Assembly (NCBI GenBank): GCA_964016885.1
Contig: OZ024753.1
Location: 33,914,001 to 33,978,000 of the forward strand
DNA length: 64,000 nucleotides
Reading direction: 5' to 3'
Source of the DNA: Eledone cirrhosa
Lineage: Eukaryota
In this document: positions 29,044 to 43,654 of the stretch, piece after piece
Layout: each line of letters begins with the position of its first letter
Numbering within the stretch: position 1 is the stretch's first letter
Program-made: the position numbers and the translations under genes
Notes under the pieces: generated by a model
Database searches by the model: none
The model's input: only the letters and a program-made list of their open reading frames with translations
Told to the model about the DNA's origin: nothing

Positions 29044-29585
29044 CCTCTCTGTATGGCGTGTAGATGAGACAATACGACAAAGTGTATTGAAAATATATTG
29101 GGAAACTTATCTCATATATGTTGAATAGCAATAAATGTTAAAATGTCGGATTTATAGGTAAATATTTGCTGTCATTACTTTTGAAAACTAATTTCTAGGG
29201 ATTTCAAATTTAATCAATTTTCGTTCGCAACTTAATAGATTTCTATTTGTTTGTCTCTTAAATTTTACAACATCTTCGTATGTATATCTATGTGTTATGA
29301 CATCTGTCAGAGTTTATATATCAGGCATTAACGTGATAGGAGATTCTTTGAAGTGTCATTTTACTGATAAAACTCTCTACGAAAGGAAAGCACAAAAATA
29401 TAAAATACAATATATGAATGCAAAGAGATATAAATGCGAAATAGAAATTTCCTTTTAAAGAATTTTTTTTTTCCATAATTTTTGAATGAATAGTTTCATA
29501 ACATTAGAGATTTATTTATTGATCTATATTTTTATATAGATAGATAGTTAGTTCAATTTATCATGAGATATGCATACATAAACAC

Positions 29586-29666
<81 letters not shown>

Positions 29667-29821
29667 GTATATATGTATACACATTTATATATTTATACAC
29701 AAACACATACACGCACAAGCATACACACGAACATACACACACACATATTAATACACAATGGATGTGTGCTCGAAGGTATGTAAAGGCTTAGATATTATTC
29801 CCTGAATGACAATATCCATGC

Positions 29822-29937
<116 letters not shown>

Positions 29938-30083
29938 TTATATATGTGTATGTATATATATATGTGTGTGTATATATATGTGTGTGTATATATATATATA
30001 TATGTGTATATATATATATATATATATAAATTAATAAAAATAATGAATAAAAACAAAGAAATAGTTCCTTATATTAAAAAATT

Positions 30084-30221
30084 CATCATTTTACGATCGT
30101 TTCTAGGATATATATGTGTGTGTTGGTATGTATATTATATAGATCTATGTAAAATTTTTACAAACTATCAGAGGGAATATACATACCTACACATATATAT
30201 GCTGTCTTCAGAGAAATAATG
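30084..30221 (-). ncRNA. Hammerhead ribozyme, family D, with ~100-nt stem II
   Basis: CTGAAGA-(atatatatgtgt..ggtatgtatatt...aatatacatacc..acacatatatat)-GAAA-CGATCG-TA. Stem I is imperfect. Confidence 0.65.
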
Positions 30222-30256
30222 ATATTTGTTTATTGAAAAAAAACAACATAGATTTA

Positions 30257-30288
<32 letters not shown>

Positions 30289-30311
30289 ATATATATATCT
30301 GTCTATATATA

Positions 30312-30359
<48 letters not shown>

Positions 30360-30369
30360 TATGTGTGTG

Positions 30370-30463
<94 letters not shown>

Positions 30464-30573
30464 GCATATATATATGTATATATATATATATATGTATGTA
30501 TATGTATGTATATATATGTATATATATATATGTATAGATAGTATATATATATATATGTATATATATGTATATA

Positions 30574-30605
<32 letters not shown>

Positions 30606-30779
30606 CATATATATACATACATATATATATACATATATATACATACATATATATATATATATACATACATATATATACATATATATACATACATACATAT
30701 ATATACATATATATACATACATATATATATACATATATATACACACATATATATACACATATATACACACATATATATA

Positions 30780-30810
<31 letters not shown>

Positions 30811-30862
30811 ACATACATTTATATATATATATATATATACACACACATATATATATATACAC

Positions 30863-30978
<116 letters not shown>

Positions 30979-31016
30979 ATACATATATATATATATATAC
31001 ATGCATATATAGATAT

Positions 31017-31574
31017 ATGGTGGCTGCGAACTCGTTTTCGAGTATGGCCACTACTTTATATCCATGTAGGAGAACCACTACCGATGCGCTGAACAAGTGT
31101 GACTTTTTAGTTCAGCCAGCGACTTGAAAACTCTGGTACAAACACTACACTTGTGACAATTATTGACACATAGTGCTGGGCCCATGGTACCATGTGACCA
31201 CAAGTGCGGAGAGATCTCCAGATATAAAGCAATGCCTGTGTCGTGAAGCTTTTATAGTGAGCAAAGGCACTGCACAAAGCCAGTCCCAGTCTCTTAACCA
31301 AGATGATATTTACCAAAAAGAAGAACAAGTCAACATCATTGGATTCCATCAAGGTTGCAGGTGTTATGTCAGAGTTTTCCTTCTCCTAGAATTCTGCCTT
31401 GACAAAGGTTAAGGGGTCATCTCTCCCGGTGCTTTTGGATGGCCATTGACTCTTAAGAGCTCCTTTGCTCTTTGACAGGTTTTGTTTTTAGTCCTGCAGG
31501 ATCTCCAAAGTCACCCTCCTCACCAAGAAACCTTGGTGGGGTTGCCAGTTTAGTCGCCAACGACCCGACCATGA
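31017..31574 (-). mobile_element. Element B, copy 3 (5'-truncated by ~50 bp)
   Basis: Same sequence and same (TA)n-abutting end as copies 1 and 2. Confidence 0.8.
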
Positions 31575-32709
31575 CATACATACATACATACATACATACA
31601 TACATACATACATACATACATACATACATACATACATACATACATACGTATTTACACACACAGATACGTACATAAGAGTATGTGGTGTTTAATTTTGTTG
31701 TGGTTGATGTTGAACAGATAACTACTACCAATTTGAATTGATTTAATAATACCTTTTCTAGATTTGCTCAGTATTTAGAAACGAATGTGGAAGATTATGT
31801 CGTTAGTTTTTTTGTTTTGTTTTGTTTTGTTTTGTTCTGTTTTTCATAAAATATTATTCTTTTATTGCGGACGTTTCGTAATGTGAGCATCCACTTGTGA
31901 TAAAAATGTACCCATGGTATCAATAGAGGGTTAGTTATCACTGTTACATAACACTAATTAGGACTGGTGTTTTGATTATAAATACGTACAATAGAAAGGA
32001 GAAAGAAGGCTTAGAACATTATCAGTATTCGTGATAGCTTAAACCTTTCCATAGATAGGGTCAAACGACTAATAAGAAGAAAGATTGATCACTCCTTTTC
32101 CACCTGGTATTAACACTGTAACCAATACACAAACTATAACGGACCTTTATAAATGAATACGTGAGAATGGTAAGACCACTTTTGTATAAATAACCAGAAG
32201 CAGTATGTTGCAGATGAATATCAAAAGTAGTAACACTGCAATTCTTAGTACACAGATTTAGACGAAGGACTAGATGAGAGTATCAGAAAAATTAGATCAA
32301 ACAAATTTACACCTACTTAGGAATTGATAATAAAGGCAACATACAACACACATAAATGAAACAATTCAATTACAGCGACTATTATTGCAATATATGACGG
32401 TTGTGTTACTGAAATCATCCTGCTTCTCTCTGGGGAGAGGAATATTAAACACACCAAACTCCCGGTAGATATGCTACGATATACAAGAAATTATTTTCGT
32501 ATAGAAACGTTGTATTGTTTTCTCACTTCGTTATTAAATATGGCGCCTTGACACCTACTCTTTCTAGAATATGTTAGACATCAAAAATGTGTCTTTTTCA
32601 CAATGCATATAATGTATATATTTTTATTTATATTATTAGTTATTTATACATTTTTATATAGGTATGTGTGTACCATTGAGTGGACTGATACTAAATCGTC
32701 ATTCATAAA

Positions 32710-33060
32710 AAGTTTCTGATGTGAATTTCCAACTTATCTGACGGGATCTCCAAGTGAGACCAGTCAAGCACATGGATGTTTTTCAACCATTTTGATCAGA
32801 GTTTACCACTGGGTCTCATACCGGTTGGTTTTGCCCGTAAAATCTGACTACCGATTCTTTCCTGAGACATCCTAACCACATGCACGTTGTATCAGAGATG
32901 TGTTAAGCCTGTAATTCAAGAATATATATTTACCAGTGTATTTTTCGAATTATTTCACCATCCTCCGAAGCGACACATTCTCCATTTTACTCGCTTGGAC
33001 TACGAAATGACCTGCGTATGGGGCTCTGTGCGCCAAAGAGCTTTCTTCCAAACAGTCCAG
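32710..33060 (-). mobile_element. Old RTE-clade LINE 3' remnant
   Basis: Minus strand translates HVVRMSQERIGSQILRAKPTGMRPSGKL*SKWLKNIHVLDWSHLEIP, matching the RTE GHVxRM...GxRPRGRP..RW pattern. Confidence 0.65.
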
Positions 33061-34497
33061 GATCGTATCATTGGAAGAGAAGAACGATGTCTATTCCATA
33101 ATGAAACTTGTATGTTCCTCTATCACATTTCAAACGTTTCATGCAGTCTCATTTAGAAATCCGGAATCTCACTAAGAAATATTACACCATTCATTCATTC
33201 ATTAAATACTCAACGTTCTTTGTTCATCTGCTAAACAATTTTACACCTAAATCGATATTAATGCAGTAAATCTATCATATGTATATATATATATGTGTGT
33301 ATGTGTATGAGTGTGCGAGTGGATAAGTTATATATACATCTGTGTATGTATATATACATATATATATATAGATATATATATATGAGTGTGTGTATCTGTA
33401 CATATATATATACACATATATAAATACATGCACACATACATGCATACCTACATACGCCCAAGCACACACACACACATAGGAGAGAGGGGGGAGTTTGTAT
33501 GCGCCTGTGTATTGAAATATTTTCATACAGATGTATTACATAATGAAGCGTAGCTTCATGTTTTTCCCATATGAATTGGAAGTAATATTTCGCAGAGTGT
33601 CAGTTCAACATTAAGGCAGTTTCAATATGTCTTAATTATTTCTATAATTGGGATTATATATAATCTTCAGTGATAAGAAATATTTCAATTGCCACTGTGT
33701 CATTCAAACTAGATTTAGTTTGCATCATCGTAAATGAACGTATTATGAAATTCGTACTGTGATTTACGCAAAATACGTCCAATATGTATGGCTTTTGAAT
33801 CGGGTTTTATCGAAAGATGCGCGTGCTCATTTTAATTAAATTTCCTATACACTTTGATTTGTGTTACACAATGTGAGCGCTACCACATCTTTTAAATATA
33901 TTACCTTATATTAAATCTGATTCCCGACTCATTAAAATTCAGGCATTTAGCTGTGAACTATTTCCGATGGAATTTATTGATAAGATTACAATAACCAGAA
34001 AGTACACTGTATTCAGTAAATGAGATAGATGGAGTTGTGTTCTGATTGAGCCAGTGATGACAACGTTTAATATATTTAATATCGCAACTGGTAGACGATA
34101 TCAGATAATATCATCGTTGATCAGAGGTGTTTCATTTCTTTTATATTGCTGATTATATTTGCCGATACACAACCATATATATATATATATATACGGGATA
34201 ACAAATTATTGTTATAGGTAGTCCACTTAGATGTAGTCCAGTTAGGGTACTCCGAGTAGTGGATGGTATCAACGCTTGTCTAAGTTTGACTCAACAAGGC
34301 GTTTCCATAGTGATGTTGCGAGTACGCGGTGATTTCTATGTTGTTTACACTTGACGCAGAAACAGGCGGGTAGCGATCTCTAGACCTACCAGTTCAGAGA
34401 AACAATTGTCAGCAATGTGACTAAAGCCCTTATTGTATAGGAAACCGTGTCACTCTTCTTTCTTGATATATATATATATGTATATTAAAATAAATTA

Positions 34498-34620
34498 TTT
34501 GCTTAAACTTTAATCTGTTGTTTTAATAAACATTCGCTCTATGGTTCTTATATATTTGATATATATTTATCCTTAGAGCCCTCTTTGGATTTTAGTCTTC
34601 ACATTTATTATTATTACTCT
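34498..34620 (+). mobile_element. Family C tail fragment
   Basis: Reverse complement of ~14134-14255. Confidence 0.75.
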
Positions 34621-34734
34621 ATATACACAGTGAGAGAGAGAAACCTAAATTGCTGACCTTGTGCCTAAAGTAGAAACAATTGTTTGTAGTAGTGGTGGTA
34701 GTAGTATATTTATTATTATTATTATCATCATCGT

Positions 34735-34777
<43 letters not shown>

Positions 34778-34779
<2 letters not shown>

Positions 34780-35091
34780 GAAATTGAGAACTAAAACAAT
34801 ACCAGTGGTTGTATGCGTTCTGGGAATGATACCTAAGGGGTCTAACGATTACTTATCGCAAATCCCAGGAAACCCGCGTATAGGAGAAATACAAAAGATA
34901 GTACTAATGGGAACTGCCCATATACTAAGGAATATTCTGTCAATATAAGTACATCACAAGTCTAAACACCTAAAGATGCATGTGTGTATGTGTGTTCTTT
35001 CTTGAACATGGCGGACCTTGTTGTCTCTTGAGGTCACTGGTTGTGACTTGGTGATAACTCGTATGAACATAAAGCAAGATAAATGCAGCTG
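34778..35091 (+). mobile_element. R4/Dong-clade non-LTR retrotransposon 3' fragment inserted in (TAA)n
   Basis: 34778-34948 translates WKLRTKTIPVVVCVLGMIPKG...EIQKIVLMGTAHILRNILSI*, matching the end of the R4/Dong restriction-like endonuclease. (TAA)n on both sides. Confidence 0.85.
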
Positions 35092-35110
35092 TAATAATAA
35101 TAATAATAAC

Positions 35111-35150
<40 letters not shown>

Positions 35151-35154
35151 CAAG

Positions 35155-35343
35155 GGCGGTTGATTGGCAGTATCGGTAGAGGGTTGGACGCCATGCTTTG
35201 ACGCATAGAGTTACGGCCTTTGCCATTCTGAGTTCAAACCCCGCCGAGGTTAACTTTGCCTTTCATCCTTATGGGGTCGATAAAATAAAGTACCAGTAAT
35301 GCACTGGGTAATTGCTGTCGTCGTGCCAAAAGTAGAAACAATT
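35155..35343 (+). mobile_element. SINE family 1
   Basis: Complete head, B-box GAGTTCAAACCC and core. Confidence 0.88.
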
Positions 35344-36194
35344 ATTATTACAACTACTACTACTACTACTACTACTAGTACTACTACTACTACTAGTACT
35401 ACTACTACTACTACTACTACTACTATTATTATTCAATGTTGTACTTTTCCTATCTTCAAAATTAAGAGAAAGCTACAAAACTGAGACACCTAACTAATTT
35501 TGTGCATATCATTTAGTGTTTTAATATTTCAGACGTCAAATGCAATTAAGAATAAAACAAAACTATGCACAAGCTATATCAAAAATGTGCCAGTCTATTA
35601 AAATGAAAATACCCGAATACTAATCTATCTCGGATACCTATGGTGAATTTAAATGAAAGCCGTTTGCATTAGTTTATTTCGATGAAGAATACAAAACTAG
35701 AAAACTACTTGTTATTTGGTATTCATAAAGTGTTTGAAATAAAATAAATTCTGATGAAAAAACATATTTTATAATTATAAATATAACATAAATATATAAA
35801 TATATATATATAATATAAATATAATTACAAATATAATATAAATATATATATAATATAAATATGAATATAATATAAATATATATATAAAACATATATATAA
35901 TTATGAATATAATATAAATATAAAATACTGCTTTTCATTCTTCATGTGATGCTGGCATGCTCATAGTTATTCCCAGTTTGACAAGAAACTAGAAATCAGT
36001 AGAAATTCATGTAATCCTCTCTGTCTTAGAAAGAAAATTAGACTGTCACTGAAGAATGTAACTGACGAACCATTGAAATCAACAACTATTTGCTGACATT
36101 TAAAAGAAAAATAAATGACAGCTATAAAATTCATGTAATTACCTTTATAATTTCGATGCTTTGTTTTGGTTGAATTTTTCATTTTATATTTTTC

Positions 36195-36592
36195 TACCTC
36201 TCTCTCTATCTCTATCTATCTCTCTCTCTCTTTCCCTCTCTCTCTCGCACAGTCTCTCGCACACTCTCTCGCTCAGTCTCTCGCTCTCTCTCTCTCTCTG
36301 TCGCGCTTCATCACTCTGTTACTCTCACTCACTCTCTCTCCCTCTTTCTCTCTTTCTTGCATTCTCTCTCACTCAGTCTCCCTCTCTCTCTCTCTCCGTT
36401 TCTCTCTTCATCTCTCTAGCTCACTCTCTCTCTCTCTCACTCTATCCCTCTCTCCCTCTCTCAATCTCCTCTCTCTCTCACACACACTCTCCCCTTCTCT
36501 CAATCTCCCTCTCTCTTTCTCACCCCCTTATCTCATTCACTCTCCTCTCTCGCTCACTCACTCCTCCTTCTTTCTCTATCTCCCTCTCTCGA
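36195..36592. repeat. Degenerate (CT)n tract
   Basis: Directly visible. Confidence 0.9.
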
Positions 36593-37099
36593 AGTGGTCT
36601 TTCATTACTTTAATTCTGGTTGTCATTCGTCAGCAGCTTCAAAAGTTAATATCAATTTTATTGGTTTCTTCTTTAGAAAATGGTTAAATGATATTTTCAA
36701 TTTCTAAATATGTTTCTATCTTACGTGTCTATGTTTTGTTAAATACATTCCTTGCTGGGTATATCACCCACCTAATGAGTTTAGATTCATTCGATATTCT
36801 CTATGCAAGCAGATATTTTAAGCCTATATGTATGAAATTATTGTTATTTAACCTTCTTGTTTTCTTTAGATTGTATTACATGACATAATTCATTAAACAT
36901 GTAACACACTTGTTTGAAAATTAAAACATCTATTCTACACATATATAGAAAAGAATTACTAATAATTTTCAAACTGTAACTTAACTTAGCGTCACTCTGA
37001 GATGAATGTCTGAGATGAATGTCTCCGATAAGAAAAATATTTTGATTAAATGGAAGTGTTCAGAAATATTATACAGAGCTATACAATGTACTGAAATAA

Positions 37100-37309
37100 T
37101 TGTTTCTACTTTAGACACAAAGCCAGCAATCTTTGTGCGGCGGGGAAAGTGGATTAAATCGACCCCAATGCATTACTGGTACTTTATTTTATTGACCCCG
37201 TAAGGATGAAAAGCAAAGCTAACCTCGGCGAGATTAGAACTCAGAATGTAAAAGGCCATAACTCTATGCTGTGAAGCATGTTGTCCGACCCTGTATCTAT
37301 AATGCCAAT
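37100..37309 (-). mobile_element. SINE family 1
   Basis: Core and B-box on the minus strand. Confidence 0.8.
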
Positions 37310-37324
37310 CTTTTTAGTCCAATT

Positions 37325-37437
37325 TCTGACCTCGCAACTCTCCCCGTCCGACAGGGAGAATTGCAATAGCCTTTGGGGTGGGTGAGGGATGTCTTCTCTT
37401 GTGAAAATGGGTATACCTTTCATTATGTAAAATCTCC
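37325..37437 (-). mobile_element. MITE M1, partial
   Basis: caactctccccgtccgacagggag...gtaaaatctcc matches the M1 3' half. Confidence 0.7.
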
Positions 37438-39284
37438 GCATTAGTTAAGAATATATAATAAAAAATAGTTAATTAATTATAGATTGCTTATGTTTCACAT
37501 AATGATACTAGACGTTGTAAAATCTAGTTAAGGTAAAGTAAATCTATTACTGTTACATTTAAATGCACTTTTTTCTGACTGTCAAGAGCACTAAGCTTGA
37601 AGTAGGATTGTACATTTCAAACCACTCTTTTATCCAACCATTTGTTCATATAAATCATAGAAATTTAGTTTAAAATATTTCGTTTTCAAATAAAAAAGAA
37701 CAAACATCAAATAGTATTCAGAAAATAACGAATTATATACAGATATGAGATTACTATCTATTCTGTAGAATAATAGTAAGTTGAAACATTTTTTATTGTT
37801 TTCGTAATGTTTGTGCTGGTCATTTGTAAACCGAGTCACTTCATACATTGCTGTCAAGTGAATCACCTAAAGTGCAACAATTCATCATAGTGAAATCTGT
37901 GTAACAAAATGACAAACGATAAATAAAAAAACAATTTAGATCTATGTCAGGTCAAATTATATTGATTAAAATGCATGCTACAACTGGCTTATTTCTGTAG
38001 CAACAATACTTTCTTTGTAAATTATGACTTAGAAAATCTAGTTCTACCATTTAAAGAATTCGAAATTAACTATCAGCCGTTACAATTGATTCTTTAGTTT
38101 TGATTTTTGCATATTTTTCTTTGTGAAGAATATTTTGATATGTAAAGCTTTTTTTTTTCGTCAATCGAAAGAAATCGAATGGCATAGAATGGAATTGATC
38201 TCCATAGTTTTCGACAATGAATATTACAGTTATTGTTCGATCGACTGAGCAGCCTGTTTATGATATCTTCTTCTTCTTCCAAACTATACACAAGAAGAAC
38301 AACAATAAGTTCAAAATATAGAATTACGTAGAAAAAGAAAAGGCACGTTATGTCACTTTCCCACACATAGATATGATAAAGAGTGGAACCTATTACCGTG
38401 TTCCCTACATCATTGTATTAGAGTATTTAAATGTCTGTGCCACAATGAATAAATAAAGTCATTTGAATCTATTTGTTCATCTTATAGTGACATACAGTGA
38501 ATATTTCATTTGATTAATTTACGTAGTACCTTGGGTCTGAAGAAGCAACACTTAACAACTGAAGAAGCCATTTGGTCAAATACCAAATCTCTCTAGCTTT
38601 TCTTAAAGAAATAACGCAAACATTCATTTTCCTCTAGTTTTGAATAAATTATCTACACGACGATACCCGAAAACATGAGTACGTAAAGCGGCTAAATTGA
38701 ACACAAATAAATACTTGTAATACAATGTAATAAAAGTGAATAGTGGAGATAAAAATACTTTCCTCCATTTATTCAGCATGATCCAAGAATTACCAGTTAA
38801 ATTACCAGACCATATAATCCATCATTGTAAGTAATAAAATACAAAGTTGAAAGTAAGCTCTCTTAGAAACACTTGATATTTAAATATCACAGAGTAATTC
38901 CTACTGAAGATTCAGTGCTAATTGTTATGTTGTCGTGTTGTCTTGTTGTCATGCACCAGAAATAGGATTTCCTGATATACTTCAAGAAAAACTTCATCTA
39001 TGAACATGATCAATGATAGCACTTGACCGCTGCTTTGTTCAACGGTGACTGCAGAAGCGGAGAGAAAGAGGGGAGATGACTGAATGATGGAAGAACACAA
39101 GAGAGATAATATGGGAAATGAGGTGAGTGAATAGAGAGGATGATACTGAGAAAGGGAAGATATTCAGATGATGAGAAGGCAATATAATAATGGAGAAAAG
39201 TATATAAAATGGGGAATAGCTTACGTCATACAGAAATAGACAGATGAAGAAAAGACAAAAACGTGATCTTCGAAAAAGGGGCAT

Positions 39285-40181
39285 GTGAAGAGAAAGGGAG
39301 ACAAGGGGCGTGAGAAGAGAGAGGGAGGCAATGGGCGTGAGAAGAGAAAGGGAGACAACGGACGTGAGAATAGAGAGGGAGACAAGGGAGACAAGGATCA
39401 TGAGAAGAGAAAGGAAGACAAGGGACGTGAGAAGAGAAAGGGAGACAATGGACGTGAGAAGAGAGAGGGGGACAAGGGAGACAAGGAGCATGAGAAGAGA
39501 AAGGAAGACAAGGGACGTGAGAAGAGAAAGGGAGACAACGGACGTGAGAATAGAGAGGGAGACAAGGGAGACAAGGGGCATGAGATGAGAAAGGAAGAGC
39601 CATGAGAAGAGAAAGAGAAGCAACGGGAGAGAGAAGAGAAAGAGAAAGAGAGACAAAGGGCGTGAGAAGAGAAAGAGAGACAAGAGATGTGAGGAGAGAA
39701 AGAGAGACAAGAGGTATGAGAAGAGAAAGGTAGACAAAGGGGTATGAGAAGAGAAAGAGAGGAAAGAGGTATGATAAGAGAAAGGGAAACAAAGGGGTAT
39801 GAGAAGAGAAAGAGAAAGAGAGACAAAGGGCGTGAGAAGAGAAAGAGAGACAAGAGATGTGAGAATAGAAAGAGAGACAAGAGGTATGAGAAGAGAAAGA
39901 GAGACAAGAGGTATGAGAAGAGAAAGAGAGACAAGAGATGTGAGGAGAGAAAGAGAGACAAGAGGTATGAGAAGAGAAAGAGAGACAAGAGGTATGAGAA
40001 GAGAAAGAGAGACAAGAGATGTGAGAAGAGAAAGAGAGACAAGAGGTATGAGAAGAGAAAGAGAGACAAGAGGTATGAGAAGAGAAAGAGAGACAAAGGG
40101 CGTGAGAAGAGAAAGAGAGACACGAGATGTGAGAAGAGAAAGAGAGACAAGAGGTATGAGAAGAGAAAGAGAGACAAGGGA
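39285..40181. repeat. Purine-rich 27-bp minisatellite
   Basis: Unit GAGAAGAGAAAGAGAGACAAGAGGTAT with variants, including 36-bp units. Confidence 0.92.
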
Positions 40182-40331
40182 AGATTATTCTCAAACGCCT
40201 ATAAACTGTTTGAAATGGAATTGCTATGTAATGTTATATACATATATATAAATCCATCTAAATATCTGTGTGTGTCTGTAAGTATTGTACGAACAATTCG
40301 TGTCACATGGGAGTATATGTGTATATATATA

Positions 40332-40372
<41 letters not shown>

Positions 40373-40408
40373 ACACATACATATATGTGTATATATATAT
40401 ATATATAT

Positions 40409-40479
<71 letters not shown>

Positions 40480-40519
40480 TACATATATACATACATATAT
40501 GCATATATACATACATATA

Positions 40520-40566
<47 letters not shown>

Positions 40567-40859
40567 CCGCATATATCTGTGTGTTTCTAAATATATTAAT
40601 AACTCCCTCTGGTCGAGCAATCTTTGAGGTGTGGGGACAACTGGAAAGCTTCCATTACTCATACTTCTCGCCTTCTTCACTACCTCTTCTACGGCCTCGA
40701 TATGAATACCCCCTCCGCCTCTGTGGTATTTTCTTCGTGGTTATAAGAGGCTTAGCTCTGTTTCTCGACCGTTATATCGCGTGACTATCTCCCCCTCCGC
40801 CTTTTGGGATTCTTTCTCACGTCGTGTAGACGCGTTCTTGAGACTAGTAAAATGAGGTA

Positions 40860-40947
40860 TCCTCTTGATAAGTCGGCAGACCTCGCAAGGACTCTATATC
40901 TTTGATATATTGTTTTTGTTTATGCCACGAAACTACGTAGTCGAGGA
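40860..40947 (+). ncRNA. Type I hammerhead ribozyme, U3-A8 core (unit 1)
   Basis: tcctc-TTGATAA-gt(c)ggca...tgccac-GAAA-CTACGTAG-TC-gagga. GUC triplet. Confidence 0.82.
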
Positions 40948-41450
40948 ATTTAGGAACAGTTTAGGTATGATACATTTTATTACTAATTATATCTAAATGT
41001 TTCTTCTCTCTTCATAATGTATTTTTAACTCTGATACTGGTTCAGTCTGGTTCAAACTGAATTGGTCTGTCCCAGTCATTCATTGAGCAACATCGGTGAA
41101 GTTGGCACCCTTAACTCACAGTTGGGTGCGGATGCATTCATGTATATATGTGTGTGTCCGCATATATCTGTGTGTTTCTAAATATATTAATAACTCCCTC
41201 TGGTCGAGCAATCTTTGAGGTGTGGGGACAACTGGAAAGCTTCCATTACTCATACTTCTCGCCTTCTGCACTACCTCTTCTACGGCCTCGATATGAATAC
41301 CCCCTCCGCCTCTGTGGTATTTTCTTCGTGGTTATAAGAGGCTTAGCTCTGTTTCTCGACCGTTATATCGCGTGACTATCTCCCCCTCCGCCTTTTGGGA
41401 TTCTTTCTCACGTCGTGTAGACGCGTTCTTGAGACTAGTAAAATGAGGTA

Positions 41451-41538
41451 TCCTCTTGATAAGTCGGCAGACCTCGCAAGGACTCTATATCTTTGATATA
41501 TTGTTTTTGTTTATGCCACGAAACTACGTAGTCGAGGA
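41451..41538 (+). ncRNA. Type I hammerhead ribozyme, U3-A8 core (unit 2)
   Basis: Identical to 40860-40947. Confidence 0.82.
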
Positions 41539-41607
41539 ATTTAGGAACAGTTTAGGTATGATACATTTTATTACTAATTATATCTAAATGTTTCTTCTCT
41601 CTTCATA

Positions 41608-41643
<36 letters not shown>

Positions 41644-41675
41644 ATATATATATATATACATATATATATATACAC

Positions 41676-41812
<137 letters not shown>

Positions 41813-41890
41813 TACATACATATATGCATATATATATACATATATATGTGTATATATATATATATATATATGTGTATATATATATATATA

Positions 41891-41961
<71 letters not shown>

Positions 41962-41985
41962 AAACATATATATATACATATATAC

Positions 41986-42038
<53 letters not shown>

Positions 42039-42122
42039 CATATACATATATACATATACATATTTATATATATATATACATATATATATATACATATATA
42101 CATATACATATATACATATACA

Positions 42123-42186
<64 letters not shown>

Positions 42187-42902
42187 TACATATTTATTTA
42201 TATATATATATATATATATACATATATTCATATTTATTTATATATATATATATATATATACATATATACATATTTATTTATATATACATATATATATATA
42301 TACATATATATATACATATACATATACATATATACATATATACATATATATATATATATACATATATATACATATACATATACATATATACATATACATA
42401 TACACATATACATATACACATATACATATACACATATACATACATATATATATATATACATATATATATATTTATATATATATATAAGTGTAAATCCTTG
42501 ACTATACATGTAAGCGTTCTACAGTTGTACAGATAGCTCTTCATGCATGTCATATGTGATAGCTTCAAATAATCACTTTAGATTTCGTACTAACCTTACT
42601 TATTATATATTGAAGAACGATATGATAACAATTTCTTCTGGCCTCTTAAATGCATGGGTGTTATGTCCATATTACAACTCCATACATGGAATTACATGAC
42701 AACGAGGTTATTATCGATACTGTACGATGTTATGTAACCATATTTATATATATATATACATATATATATATATGTGTGTGTTGTGTGTTGTATGTGTGTA
42801 TGTGTGTGTGTATGTGTATGTGTGTGTGTTTATATATATATATATATGTATGTATATGTATATATATATATATATGTTTATATATTTATGTTTATATATA
42901 TA

Positions 42903-42935
<33 letters not shown>

Positions 42936-42949
42936 GTTTATATATTTAT

Positions 42950-42997
<48 letters not shown>

Positions 42998-43031
42998 GTA
43001 TATAAATAATAGTAATTCACTGAACCACCTA

Positions 43032-43093
<62 letters not shown>

Positions 43094-43108
43094 GTATATA
43101 TATGCATT

Positions 43109-43156
<48 letters not shown>

Positions 43157-43157
43157 T

Positions 43158-43194
<37 letters not shown>

Positions 43195-43195
43195 T

Positions 43196-43358
<163 letters not shown>

Positions 43359-43382
43359 CTTTAACTTTAATTATATCTCATA

Positions 43383-43530
43383 AAATAATACAACTCGTTT
43401 TTCCACATTATACATATTGTTAGCACCCCAAACACTTAAATTGGGTTTATATTTTAATATAACCTAATGTTTGTTGAGTGAGATGGTTACCAGTCAGAGT
43501 TTAGCTTTAAACTATCTCTGTTATTGTATT
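43383..43530 (+). mobile_element. PLE tail fragment related to 18515-18660
   Basis: Shares cacccc..aattggg...cctaatgtttgttgagtgag. Lies between (TA)n tracts. Confidence 0.65.
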
Positions 43531-43532
43531 AA

Positions 43533-43654
<122 letters not shown>

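Larger units (their letters stand above)
40553..41613 (+). mobile_element. 591-bp-period direct repeat (~1.8 units) with one HHR per unit; retrozyme-like or tandem pLTR
   Basis: 40553-41022 repeats at 41144-41613 with one visible substitution. Flanked by (TA)n. Confidence 0.88.

Noticed and set aside
33628-33672. Minus-strand CTGAAGA...GAAA-TAATTA
   Set aside because: It lacks U16.1 and stem I, and is likely a chance match in AT-rich DNA.
39600-40181. CRISPR-like periodicity
   Set aside because: The units are contiguous with no unique spacers, there are no cas genes, and the context is eukaryotic.
39039-40784. K/R/E-rich and S/L/F-rich ORFs
   Set aside because: They arise from a 27-bp minisatellite that is open in several frames.
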